A DNA stretch of 36,580 bases from Ginkgo biloba (taxonomy: Eukaryota; Plantae; Ginkgophyta): positions 144,277,209-144,313,788 of the forward strand of contig JANKJI020000002.1 of assembly GCA_024626585.2 (NCBI GenBank). Direction: 5' to 3'. Shown here in pieces: positions 24,501-36,002 of this stretch (position 1 is the stretch's first letter; each line of letters opens with the position of its first letter). Both the position numbers and the translations under genes were made by a program. The notes beneath the pieces were generated by a model. It did not search any database. It had not been told where the DNA came from and saw only the letters and a list, made by a program, of their open reading frames with translations.

Positions 24501-26430
24501 ATTCTCCAAGGCAAAATCCTACAGAAATTATTGTCAAAGTGTAGACCAATCTATCATAAATTGCCTTGTCTCACAGGGCTATCCAATTTTGGTGTTGCTC
24601 TACCAAAGTAGCAAGAAACAAATTGATCCAAAAAATGCAAGGCCTTGGATATTTTTGCCATTAGATTTCACATTGGTGAATGTGTTGTGACATATCCAAA
24701 TGAGGGGAAGCAATAAACTTAAGAATAGGCATTTCATAATAGTTGCCAAATTGACATGGAAAAGTATCCCCAACTCCATCCAAGTGGACAAGTTGAGCAA
24801 ATATGCCATACTCTAGTGAAAGTCAGTTCCTTTTATAGAAGGAAAAACTCAACGTCACACCTCCCCAATAACTATATCCTGTTGTATCCAGCATTGCATA
24901 TAGTGCTCCTTGTGCCCAATAGCAAATCCCTAAATTCATTAGCATATAAGTTTGGATCTCATGCGAATTGTTCTTGAATCCCTACTTTAGCTTCATGAGT
25001 TATGCTTTGTAACTGTAAATATTTCCAGATCTTCTTAGTTGGGGGTTGAAATGAAGATGGTACCAAAGCACAACATTTCCATCTGTAGTAGTTCTATAGA
25101 CTTGGTGTAGAGATGCAAACTTATTGCACGAACTACAATGCAGAGTGCAATATTATAATCTTGGGTGGTAGCGTTATGATCTCAAATCACAATATAATCT
25201 CGGATCACAAGAGTAATCTTAGATCACAGAAGTACAATCTTGGATTGCAAACTCATAAAAAAGGACCACATCACCCAAAGCACAATATACAACCAAATCA
25301 TATCCACAATCAAGTTCTTCATCCCTCTCCTTAGACGAATAGTCAATCTCTTGCAATTTCCCATCGAATGCAGTACCTGCATCCACTTGTGCACTCATAT
25401 AACAAGATTGCCCCATCACTTTATATCGGCTTGCCATCTAATGTAGCATGTCTAGAATTCCTAAGTCCAATCCTAACTCCAACTCACCATAGACATTGGG
25501 CATATGAAACATCTTCCACTATGTTGCCAACTTGCTTAACACATTGGTAAGAAGTATCAGAACAATAGCATTTTGCATCATCATTTGGACAAGCAGTAGT
25601 GCTCAAAGCTTCAATATTGTATTTAATCTTTTGCCAATCAGGGCCATATGTCACCATGCACAATGTTATATGGAAATGCTTAGTCTTCAAGGTAAAAGTA
25701 TAGCAACCCTAATCTTGGATGGATTTAGTAGAAATCAACCATGGTCATCCTCATAAAGATGACAAGCCTTAGTTTTTTATGGAACGCTAATGATTGCAAA
25801 CTTCTGGCACAATTAAACACCTGCACCATTGATCTGTGCCTTGTTAACGATATCGATGGGATGAGTCCTTGTCTGATTAGTAATCTAAATGCTAAAGGTA
25901 GATTCTTGTGGAATGTTCCTCCCCAATCAAATCCATTGATGCTCGTAATGAACATTCAAACTAGAGTTGCCATCCACAATAATACCATTGATCATCATCC
26001 CATTAATTTCCTTTAGAACTTAAGGTTTATGATCATCATGTTGTTGAATTGGTTGCATACAAAATTTGGTTATCTCCATGGTTGGAGATGGATTCTCTTG
26101 AAAATAACCCACCCACCACTATTCAAAGATACTGGACAATGGTACCTTTAGACCCAATTCACCATGTTGTTGTTCTAACATGCGAGTCTTTGTTCACACA
26201 AGCCAATGCTCAACCGCATCCAAATTAAATGAATCATAATGTTCAGGCTTAGGAGCAAGTTCCAGGGAAGTAGGAGGGGGTAGGTGTCCACTGTCACCTT
26301 TTTTTTACGCTTATAAGTAGTGCGCCAATGTGGCCTTTGATTAGCCTCATCAATCATCATTTCTTTGGCTTCTTTGAAGACACTGAGTTTAGGAACCCAA
26401 ACCATTTTCTGTGAACTCGGGATCACGGAC
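21560..26430 (-). mobile_element. Degenerate Ty3/gypsy pol (protease, RT mostly in gap, RNase H, integrase) inside the host intron
   Basis: Protease-like INGIIVDGNSSLNV (~25950-25990). RT lead-in FEDYQDAFAWNYK (~24100-24140). RNase H FHVCMDA...CVLAQ...DYPVYFASQKL...EGLGMVY (~23060-23225). Integrase APFEHWGLEF, VATDYLTKW, FTSDHDGGFLN, DGQDESSNK, ending KLVNGNH (~21590). Confidence 0.9.
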
Positions 26431-26611
26431 GATAACGAGGAAATTCAAGAAAACATAAGAATCAACACACTACACCAGATGTCTGGGTAGAATTGGTCTA
26501 CCGCAGGTTTTNNNNNNNNNNNNNNNNNNNNNNNNNNNNNNNNNNNNNNNNNNNNNNNNNNNNNNNNNNNNNNNNNNNNNNNNNNNNNNNNNNNNNNNNN
26601 NNNNNNNNNNN

Positions 26612-27565
26612 GACTACCAACTCTAAGTCCATAAGTGCATGCAAAGTATAGGGCTATCCCTGCAACATTACCCCACAATGAATATCAACTACAATATCAT
26701 GCTACCCCTAGAGCCAAGACCCAAGGTTTTAGCATAGTAGGAATAAATTAAAAAGGATTCCCATACCAATTATTCATTCGATGCACCATATATAGCATTT
26801 ATAACATCATTTAGGCCACGAAATAGCTCCAAAAAGAGACAACCTACTCTAATTGTGCCAATCATGCATAAAACAAGTCACAAATAGCTTATATTAAATT
26901 TTTTTATATTAATTTATAATAGCCTAGCTTTAGGATTAACAAGGGAAACATACCAATTTGAGCGACTATTTGGATCAAAAACGCTTTGTCTAATGGAATG
27001 AAAATATCCAAAAATAGGGTTTGCAAGTGGAGCGCCCTCAATTCCATCCACCAACTAGGCTCAAACAATTGTAAGGGGAATGCAATGTTGTAGGAAGGCT
27101 ATGTCACCTTTCTAGTCAATATGGAGCTTCAGTATGTTGCAATAGTTCAAACACTTCCTTTAGGATGAACATTACCCTAGGATAGCAATGCCTATCAAAT
27201 ATGAGATGTCACTGGTCCAAGCTCAATCAAATATGAAATAACTGCTCTAAAGAGAGCACCTGACAAGCCAAAAAAATATTGAGGCCAAGAGAGAGGAAGT
27301 AATGCTCAAAGCCTGAAGACAAAACCACTAATTAGAAAATTTCCCAAGCCCAAGCAACTTTCGTATAAATGAGAAAATTGGACCAATGGGACTCCATAGA
27401 ATAGTGGACTTGCAATTGGTGGTGCCCTGGTACCAATTGTCGCCCTTCTAGGGAGTCATTTTCTACATGTCAAACTCTTATCTAAAGCACCTTGTTAGGG
27501 ATTAACTAATGGGCCTTCCATTGCTTCTCTTTCCTTATTATTAACCTCTTTAGTTGGTGCTAACA
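26612..27565 (-). repeat. Probable LTR
   Basis: The minus strand starts TGTTAGCACC at 27565. It is non-coding and lies upstream of the gypsy pol. The other end is in a gap and no partner LTR was found. Confidence 0.4.
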
Positions 27566-28450
27566 ATAGCTAAAATACACATAAGTTGAGTTCATTGGTT
27601 ATCTGAGAACTTTTCCTCTTTCTCAAGGTGTAATTTNNNNNNNNNNNNNNNNNNNNNNNNNNNNNNNNNNNNNNNNNNNNNNNNNNNNNNNNNNNNNNNN
27701 NNNNNNNNNNNNNNNNNNNNNNNNNNNNNNNNNNNNNNNNNNNNNNNNNNNNNNNNNNNNNNNNNNNNNNNNNNNNNNNNNNNNNNNNNGCCACTTCTTA
27801 GTAGTAAATAAATTACAATAATTCAAATGGTAGATTTTGTTGTTTCACACTCATTTGTTAGAGAATAATATTAAGAATAAATAAAAAATACATTGACTAT
27901 ATTCTAGTGTTTTTCTCACCTCTGAAAGTACATATTGATCTACATTAAGAAAATTTAGGAGGTTCTCTCTTCATTTAATCTAGACGGATTACTTTAATTT
28001 TGTACACCAGCAAGTGCAAAGTGGCCCTAAGAGTCCTTCGATCATNNNNNNNNNNAGACTCTAAAACCAATCCATAAAATGATTACCTAAACTGCATGAG
28101 TAATCACCCAATCTCTAAGTTAGGTTGAACTTCCTTTCCCTTTCTAGAACAAAATATTTGTTCTCCCTAGGCAAGGAATTACAACAATGATTTAGCATAG
28201 ATAGGTGGGTAGATACTTTTAGAAAAATGTCATTTCGATTCAGCAAGCGAAAACTAAAAAATATTGTCATTAGAATTCAGCAAGAGAAACTCTATTATAG
28301 ACTTTGCAAACTACAACTAGAGAAGAGAGTTGAAAAGCTATGGAGAATGAATGCCTCTTTTAACACNNNNNNNNNNNNNNNNNNNNNNNNNNNNNNNNNN
28401 NNNNNNNNNNNNNNNNNNNNNNNNNNNNNNNNNNNNNNNNNNNNNNNNNN

Positions 28451-28598
28451 GAAGTCACAACTCCTCTTTAAATGTCTCCTACCCACCAGAGAGAGAGAGA
28501 GAGAGAGAGCCAGAGCCCACACCTTGGCTTTTGGCTCTTCACTTCTCCAATTGTATCGTGGAAGTCACAACTCCTCTTTAAATATCTCCTACCCACCA
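28451..28598. repeat. 38-bp direct repeat (period 110) enclosing an (AG)11 microsatellite
   Basis: GAAGTCACAACTCCTCTTTAAAT(G/A)TCTCCTACCCACCA at 28451 and 28561; (AG)11 at 28488-28509. Confidence 0.85.
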
Positions 28599-29763
28599 AT
28601 AACCTTCTCTCCTTGTAATTGGTCTTCAACTTGAGGTGCATGGATCAAACCTGGTCAAACTATGAGTGTATGGTCTTGTTCTACTTGTATCTTCTTCCCT
28701 ATATACTACAGGTTTGCATTTTTGTCTCTTCTTTTAGGCTATAATTGATTTTTGAACATCTATGACTTCTTTCTATGCCATAATAGTTTTGTGTTTGTAA
28801 TAAACATTCATGAATATGATGACCTTTATNNNNNNNNNNNNNNATATGGAAGTTGATAAAATGATAAAGGCCCAATTTAAAGGGAAAAAAAGGATATAGA
28901 CCACCCCACCAAGGAGCCAATCTCAGATTTGCGCCGATGCAGCAGCATTCGCATTGGGAAAATTCATAACCAATCCCAAGAGTGTGGCAGCATCTAAATC
29001 ACTGCACTTAGATGACCTAAAGTAGGGAATGGAACCAAAAGGGACAAGCAGAATGCAGAAGCAACAAAGTGAGGAACAACCCCAGACAAACCAAAAACCA
29101 ACCCATCCATTTCTTTAGTTTCAGGCGGTAAAAAGTTTGTCACACATTTCATTGCTTGTTCTTTGTGACATTGCAGCCCCTAGGAATCAAAAATATCATG
29201 CGAGTCCAGAGTCATTCTGCATAGTGGAAATAACTGGAAATTCCAGCCCATAAGGCTTTTAGGAAATGGACAAGAGAAATAAAGGATGTACACTATTTGA
29301 TGTATTTTATGAATGTTGATCCCTGAAAAAGCTGAGGGACTGTAAGAAATATGTCATGCCACTCGAGGACATTTATTAGAATTTTTTACTAAGACACTTT
29401 GAGCATTCTCATGGAAAATAAGCTAAACATTTAAAGAATGTCCATTTTTTATCACAAGATAATAGTGGAAAGCTTAGAATTTATGTCAGGAGTTGAAATT
29501 CATCTTTAGCCCCAAGCAAGGAGAGGTTTAATCAGAGGGTGACATAACTTATTTTATGATTTCAATTAACTTAGATAAGAATAAATATCTTTGGTGTTTA
29601 GATAAGCAAACTAATATCAACCGTAGGTCCACAAATGTATCATTCTATGATCTGATAAACAAACATAAAGAAGAGGTAGATAAAACACTCATTTCTGCCA
29701 TCAATCCTTGAACCAATCATGTATGCTAGTCTTGAAATCAAGTACCAGAAGTAAAGTGCAAAC

Positions 29764-29840
29764 CTCAAGATCACGTTTTGCTACATAAATAGGAACAAAC
29801 TCTTGTACATTATTTGTCCAATCACGAAGATCATCAAGCC
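29764..29840 (-). CDS. Exon of the same hydrolase: (G)LDDLRDWTNNVQEFVPIYVAKRDLE
   Basis: tttgtttgcag|GG CTT GAT GAT...GAG|gtttgc; 77 nt, phase 1 to 0. GLDDLR directly follows the HxHxDH-type motif in PhnP-like MBL hydrolases. Splices in frame to 15738. Confidence 0.93.
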
Positions 29841-32284
29841 CTGCAAACAAATGAAATCCATAACAAATTATCTGCAAGGGTACAACACAGCAATTGATGT
29901 TCCCTAGAGGGAATCTAACATGTTATTCCATGCATATTCACATTGCAGTCACAAACTTCACCATTCAAGTGTAAGACATGCTTATATGTTCTGCAATAAG
30001 TTTCAATGAGATGCCAGAGAAAAACACATTAATTATTAGATTTGTGCATTGCTCATGCCCCCACCTCCCCACCTCTCTATCTGTGTGATGCATGTGCAGA
30101 AACAATTGGGCTACCTTGATAATATACAACAACTCTTCAGCATAAGAATCACTACTAGTTGGTGAAAGGAACTGATCTGATTAATATATTGGCTCAAATG
30201 CACCTATGTTGCATACTTTATGTTCTNNNNNNNNNNCAAAAAATTAAAAGCTATATGTCTAACATCCTAATGTGTATGGTGATCAAGAGTGAGAACATTG
30301 CATTTCGATAATTTGATTTGACTGGATAAAAATCTCCAGAAGAAAGCTTTCCTTTAATATAAACTTCTCGGTCCTCAATGTCAGATGTTTTGAGCAGAAA
30401 GGAATTGTTCCGAAGAACACATACAACCTGGGGCAAGAAAGCCTTTAACACTGACCAATTTAGATATTCTTAATTGCTTANNNNNNNNNNTCAGATGAAA
30501 TTGGAAAAAAAATGAAACCATGAGTTATACAGGAAAACAGCTTTTTCATACGAACTAGCAAATTGTAATTCTAGGAGGCAATGCATGGCAGACTATCCTT
30601 CTAAGAACAGCGAAGCTAAAACATAGCATTCACATGTCCTTAAATCATTATCATTACGATAAGGAACTCCCCTAGAATATCATTCTTGTTGGTTGAAAAC
30701 TCCAATTAGTTCCTAGGAACTGCAACACAGTTAATGTTCATTGCATACTCAGTGCTACAGAGACAAATATTAGGATTGCTATGCAGTCAACATATCTTTA
30801 CAACAGCAGCTTTATAGATAAGATTGCCCTTTCTTCTTGTGATATTTTAGCACAAGTGAATACAGAAGAAAATATGGTCCCCAATGCTATCCTCACAAAG
30901 AAAATTTTTTAGATTGGTCAGGCTGAACACCACAACTGAGATACAGAAGACAAGACCAAAATTCCATGGGTATGGAATCAAAAAATTTAAAAATGTGATC
31001 AAATAGAAACAAATAATAAAATTTCAAAATGCACTATACAATAAAAAAAATTGTCAAGAATTTGAACATTACTTGAAAGACTACATACCTGCAGCACACA
31101 ATAACCTCAACATATGAAAGAGAATGTAGGATCAGTGGATGGGAAAAAAGTGTTACAGNNNNNNNNNNNNNNNNNNNNNNNNNNNNNNNNNNNNNNNNNN
31201 NNNNNNNNNNNNNNNNNNNNNNNNNNNNNNNNNNNNNNNNNNNNNNNNNNNNNNNNNNGAAAAATGGACGGAAAGGAGAGGGGCACCATGAAGATACTTG
31301 CAAGTCATATGAATATCTTTACATTATAACGAGTAATAGATACAAGTAATGGATGAAATCAATTGTCACTATATCGCCCTCCAAGTGTGGTAGGTGCCCA
31401 AGTGCAATGGAAAGTGTACCACCTACAATACCCATATATGATCACAACTTTGTACCTAATGACTTACCTCTCAAGACTTCCTTTTGGGTTAAACCTATTA
31501 ATTATTATGATTTTGGTCTTTGAATCAACACTACTTGCATAAATAATTTTAAATATTTCCAATGTGTGCAACCTGCAATGTATTAAAAAGGCCTCCTTTC
31601 CTCAATTATCTCAATCCATACTGAGTATAAGTCTTCCATGCTTTCTATCATTTGCAAAGTGGTCTCATTTCTATAAGATTCAATAGTTGAATACAAAGAA
31701 TACCCTTCCACTACATCTTCTAGTAGCCATTTAATCTCTCTTAATAACTCATTTGAATCAGGGCCCCCAATATACTAAAAACTCTATAGGGAGCTCCAAA
31801 AAATCCCCAATGTAAACTCTATTTCATGCAATGTGTGTCAAAACCATTTGATACAACCCATGTTCGAATTTGAAAAGCTAAACCAATTGATGCTTTCATC
31901 TAAACACTGTCTCTATAACTATAAAACCCGCAAAACTATTTGATTCCAAAATTATTGTATGATTGGAAGATTCAAATAGCTTATGATTCACGCCAATGGG
32001 AAAATCCAACAAATAGATGTAAGCCGATGGTGAAATCTTTTGAATCTATTTGCAGAGGTCCATTTTTTAGGCAATTTGATGAATTGATTCTAGTTCTGCC
32101 CTTCTATCTGTGGCTTAGTCGTCTCTCTTACATTTCTATATATTGGCTAATGCACAATTATATGATTAAATTTTAAACTTTATTAAGGCCATATGTCTTC
32201 TATAAAAATATGTTAGGATTTGCCAATTGTAATTTTGAGCTTTTAAAAATTTGCCAATTGGCTATAATTCGCCCTTAAGATTTT

Positions 32285-32790
32285 CCTTGGATCGCATGTG
32301 GCATCTAGACAAACCATTTGGGAAGAGAGACTTCCTTTCACAGAGTTTCCATATAATAATAGCAAGCATTCAACCACAGGAAGACACCGTTTAAGGTAGT
32401 GTATGGCTATGAACCCTTAATCCCATTGGAATTGGATCTTAAGAATGTTAAAGGGAAAACCCAAGTTTACTTTGAGATGCTTCAACAAATGTAGGAGGAA
32501 TTAAGGGAATGCTGAAGAAATATGGAAAGAGAACAAGCACGTGCTAAGTTATATGCAGACCAACATAGATCACCCAACGTGTCAAATTGCATGTAGTTAT
32601 TTGAAAAAGGCCTTATCCAGACATGATAATGTTCTACCTATTTTTGTTGATGTGCAGGAGGTGGAACATGAGATGCATATTGGATGAGAGATCGAGGTGG
32701 CTACAAAATAGAGAGATAGTTGAGAATCTTGTGGAATGGCCAAACAAGCCTTTGGAAGAAGCTATATGGGAGTCTGTAGTTTTTTGCCGA
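32285..32790 (+). mobile_element. Chromovirus (Ty3/gypsy) integrase C-terminus and chromodomain remnant
   Basis: WEERLPFTEFPYNNSKHSTTG.TPFKVVYGYEP...AKLYADQHR, then chromodomain-like ILDERSRWLQNREIVENLVEWPNKPLEEAIWES. Confidence 0.85.
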
Positions 32791-32823
32791 AAGGTTGGTC
32801 TCATTGAGGGCAATGATCTTCCC

Positions 32824-32837
32824 AGGGTGGGGAGAGA
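32824..32837 (+). promoter_or_regulatory. Polypurine tract preceding a 3' LTR that starts at 32838
   Basis: AGGGTGGGGAGAGA followed by TGCTACAGCCAAGAAA, which resembles the LTR start at 5425 (TGTTATAGCCAAGAAA). Confidence 0.75.
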
Positions 32838-33499
32838 TGCTACAGCCAAGAAAGGCATAGTTAATCGTGTCTCAATAACCGTGCACAAACTAAAGTTGCC
32901 TTTGGAACCAAGCGCACGTGTTCTATAGTTATTGATGAGCGCTACACATGAGGTTAATTTGAGAGAGAAAGGAAACAGGCAATTATCTTGAGAAATGTAA
33001 CAATTAGGGGCACCTTCCCTCTTGGAGTAAANNNNNNNNNNNNNNNNNNNNNNNNNNNNNNNNNNNNNNNNNNNNNNNNNNAGTAGCTTTAAGGGTAAGC
33101 CAAGCCCTTATGTGGTGAACTGTGCCCTTCTTATGATACTTAAGGGGTCATTCTTGGCTTAGATGCCCCTAAAAGACAGTTATGATATATTTTTGCCAAG
33201 GCATCTTAGTTCTTTGGAGGCTTTTACACTATTAGGTGATTACCTCTCTCTAGTGGAGTCACTGTCACAATGCATTGGTGATTTTCTATTTACTTGGAGT
33301 TGGGAGAACTTACTTCCTTGGTGTCGTTGCATCATTCTGTCCACTTTCTTTGCTCAGAGCTCTTCTCTGTTGGAGGGCAACCTTATTGGAACCCTTAGAT
33401 TTAATTTTCAAGGCTCAACAAGGCCCAATGAACCCTGTCTGTGAGTTGCAGCCCTTCTAGCGACCCAACAAACTTGTTTTGTACCAGCCGAGTGTCTAG

Positions 33500-34572
33500 T
33501 TTTCGTTACAAGTTAGTCACTGCACTTGTGGAAGTTGAATTGCGATGTCCTACAACATCTTTATGTTCTGAAAGGCACTTTGCATCATTCTCGTTGTGTA
33601 AGTCTCTTTATCTGTGTTAGCGGGCAGTTTGATCGGTCACAGATTGCAGTAGGAAACCATTCACTAGACTTGTGGATCGTTTGCCGACAATCAGTTACTC
33701 GTTCGTTGGCAACTATTGCTCGTTCATCGGCAGTCATTGCTCATTCATCAGAAACCCCTTGCTCGTTCGTCGAGATGAATAAACCATTTGTTACAGATTA
33801 GTTTGCCAGTTATTAGCAAACACTAAACGAGTCGTTAGATAGTGAAAATGAGGTGCAACTCTTCAATTAAACAACACCCTCTTGTGTATTGTATCCTTTG
33901 ACATCTTATATATTTTAAGCCTATTTGGGCAGCAATCATATAATTTTTGTACATAATCATCTCTTGTACTCGGAAGCAGCATAATAGCAAAGCCTCTATT
34001 CTCTTTATTTCTTATGTCTGTGCAATTATGAATATTGTTTGTTGTATGTCAGTTATGCATGATAATTAGAAACTCAGTAATCAATGTCAATGAAGAACAA
34101 CCACAAACATCTAACACAGAGTTGTTGGTGAGAGCAACAACACTGTTGTTAAGTCTCAGTGGTCCTTCATTGATTATGATGACCCGTTGCTAAACAGTTC
34201 ATTTGAGTAGCAACATTTGGTTTCGTTGCCTTCTTCTAACCTATCATTCTCTCTTGGAAAATTGAACAATAATTACTGTGGTTACCTTGGCAAGTGCATT
34301 CACATCCTAAACCAACATTTCAAGGGGTAGACAGGGGTCTCCGCCATGCCTCCAAAGGAGCATCCCGTGGTGGATGATCGGGTAGTACAGAGGGAAAGAA
34401 GAGCTAAAGAGCACGTAGTAGCAAAGATTGCCCAGAGGAAAGGACAAAAGAACGCGTCTAAAATGGGTGAAAGCTTGATCAATCAAAGACCAAGTAGTAG
34501 CATGGCACAGACACAGATGGCAAACGAGGCAGAATTAGCACTCCCTGAACTTATTCCAACCCCCGATAAAAA
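33500..34572 (+). mobile_element. 5' end of an Athila/Tat-like LTR element: LTR (left edge approximate), PBS, gag-like ORF start
   Basis: The LTR ends ...GTAGCAACA at 34215. PBS TGGTTTCGTTGCC (34218-34230) resembles the tRNA-Asp-type TGGCGCCGTTGCC. ORF MPPKEHPVVDDRVVQRERRAKE... starts at 34346 and runs into a gap. Confidence 0.6.
33695..33777. repeat. Four degenerate 21-22-bp tandem units within the LTR
   Basis: TTACTCGTTCGTTGGCAACTA / TTGCTCGTTCATCGGCAGTCA / TTGCTCATTCATCAGAAACCCC / TTGCTCGTTCGTCGAGATG. Confidence 0.75.
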
Positions 34573-34672
34573 NNNNNNNNNNNNNNNNNNNNNNNNNNNN
34601 NNNNNNNNNNNNNNNNNNNNNNNNNNNNNNNNNNNNNNNNNNNNNNNNNNNNNNNNNNNNNNNNNNNNNNNN

Positions 34673-36002
34673 GTGTCCAATTCTACCTGTCAACACTTGG
34701 GTTTCATTTCCATCAACAAGTTAACCTCATATGAATATGGTGCTTTTTGAGTTTTTAGACTAGATTTTCAAGCAAAATCTTTAGAAATGAAGTTGTGGGT
34801 ACAACCACTATCCACTAGGAAGGTAGTTTCTTGGCCATTAATGGTACATTTAAGGGTGAACAATTCTACATCACTAAACTTCTCAAATTTTTTAAGGCTA
34901 ACCTTTTAGGGTAGAGACTTCTTAGAACTTTTCTCCTTACAGACAACATATGCAACCTTCTTTCCTTTTTTGGAATTGGTTTGTTGTAGTTTTGGACGTA
35001 ATCTCCTAGGATGGGGTCCTTTACACTCTATGGGCGCTTTGTTCACCTCTTTTACTCAAGGTTGGCTTCGGTTCCCTCTATTTGAGAGTCCTTAGACTTG
35101 TTTTGAAATGATTTGGAAGACTTTCTATAAAGGAACTTTCTCTTTCGGTTGCTAAAGGGTCAGTTTGAGGAATCTCTTTTCCCTTTAAAGGGTTTTCTTG
35201 AGAAATTAGGCTTTGAATTAGTTATTCCTACAACTTCTCCTTGCAAGGTTGTACGTTTAGCGACTTCTAGGGTTTTGGGTTGGATTATGGTCACACCTTG
35301 TCTAACATGGTACTTTAGACCTTTCATAAAGTGGTAAACCCTATATCTCATGGGTAAATAAGACAACTTAGTGAAAAGAGGGTTAATATGGTTACTATAC
35401 TCTTGGACCAACTCTACTTGTCTTAGGTGCCACAATTTAGTATAGCACTCATGCATTTCATTCTAAGGGGCATACTTTTTAGTCATGACTTGTTTTAACT
35501 CTTCCCAGGTTTGGATCTTTTCCCTCATCCCCTCTTCTGTTTCTTTTTGGACACCATTCCACTACTCCTTAGCACTATCTTTAAAATCCATAGATTATAA
35601 TTTAACTCTTTTTTCAACTAAAATATTGAAAGTATCAAAGAAAAGTTCAACCTTTCTTACCCATGCTTTGAAGGAGGTTCCAAGGGCTTTACCATCGAAG
35701 ACTAGAATCTGCATATTCCTAAATTGCCTAATGTTTTGGAGTAACTCCCAATCCCTTTTGGCTTTCTTTTGAATTGGTTCTTGGTCTTCATAGTCTTCGT
35801 CGGTTTCTTCTCTATCTACTTCTTCCTATGATTCTTCTTCTCCCTCCATCGAGAGTTCCTGCAAAGTTTATGTTGCTATAGGTTGGGGTTTCCTCCTTTC
35901 ATAGGTTTTCAGGGTGTTGGTCAAGGTTTGTTGTTTTTCTTCTTTCAATTTCTTGATTGATTCTTCTATGGCTTCAAGCTTTTTCAAGATTTGGGCTTCC
36001 AT
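34673..36002 (-). mobile_element. Degenerate Ty3/gypsy gag-protease
   Basis: From ATG 36002 MEAQILKKLEAIEESIKKL; gag FDGKA...AWVRKVELFF...TWEELKQVMTKKYAP...LRQVELVQEY...FMKGLKYHVR; aspartic protease FLVDSGCTHNFIS (~34783-34821). Confidence 0.9.

Noticed and set aside
26466-26490. Possible PBS (TGGTGTAGTG) after ...CCCAGACA on the minus strand
   Set aside because: The match to a tRNA 3' end is too weak and the adjacent gap prevents confirming the LTR end.
28910-29016. TPP riboswitch or C/D snoRNA
   Set aside because: It lacks the TPP core (CTGAGA...CCTGA...TAATG arrangement) and a canonical RTGATGA C box; kept only as a generic structured element.
18300-33777. Short repeat arrays (18.3, 25.2, 33.7 kb) as CRISPR-like arrays
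   Set aside because: The units are degenerate and tandem with no unique spacers; the context is eukaryotic LTR DNA with no cas genes.
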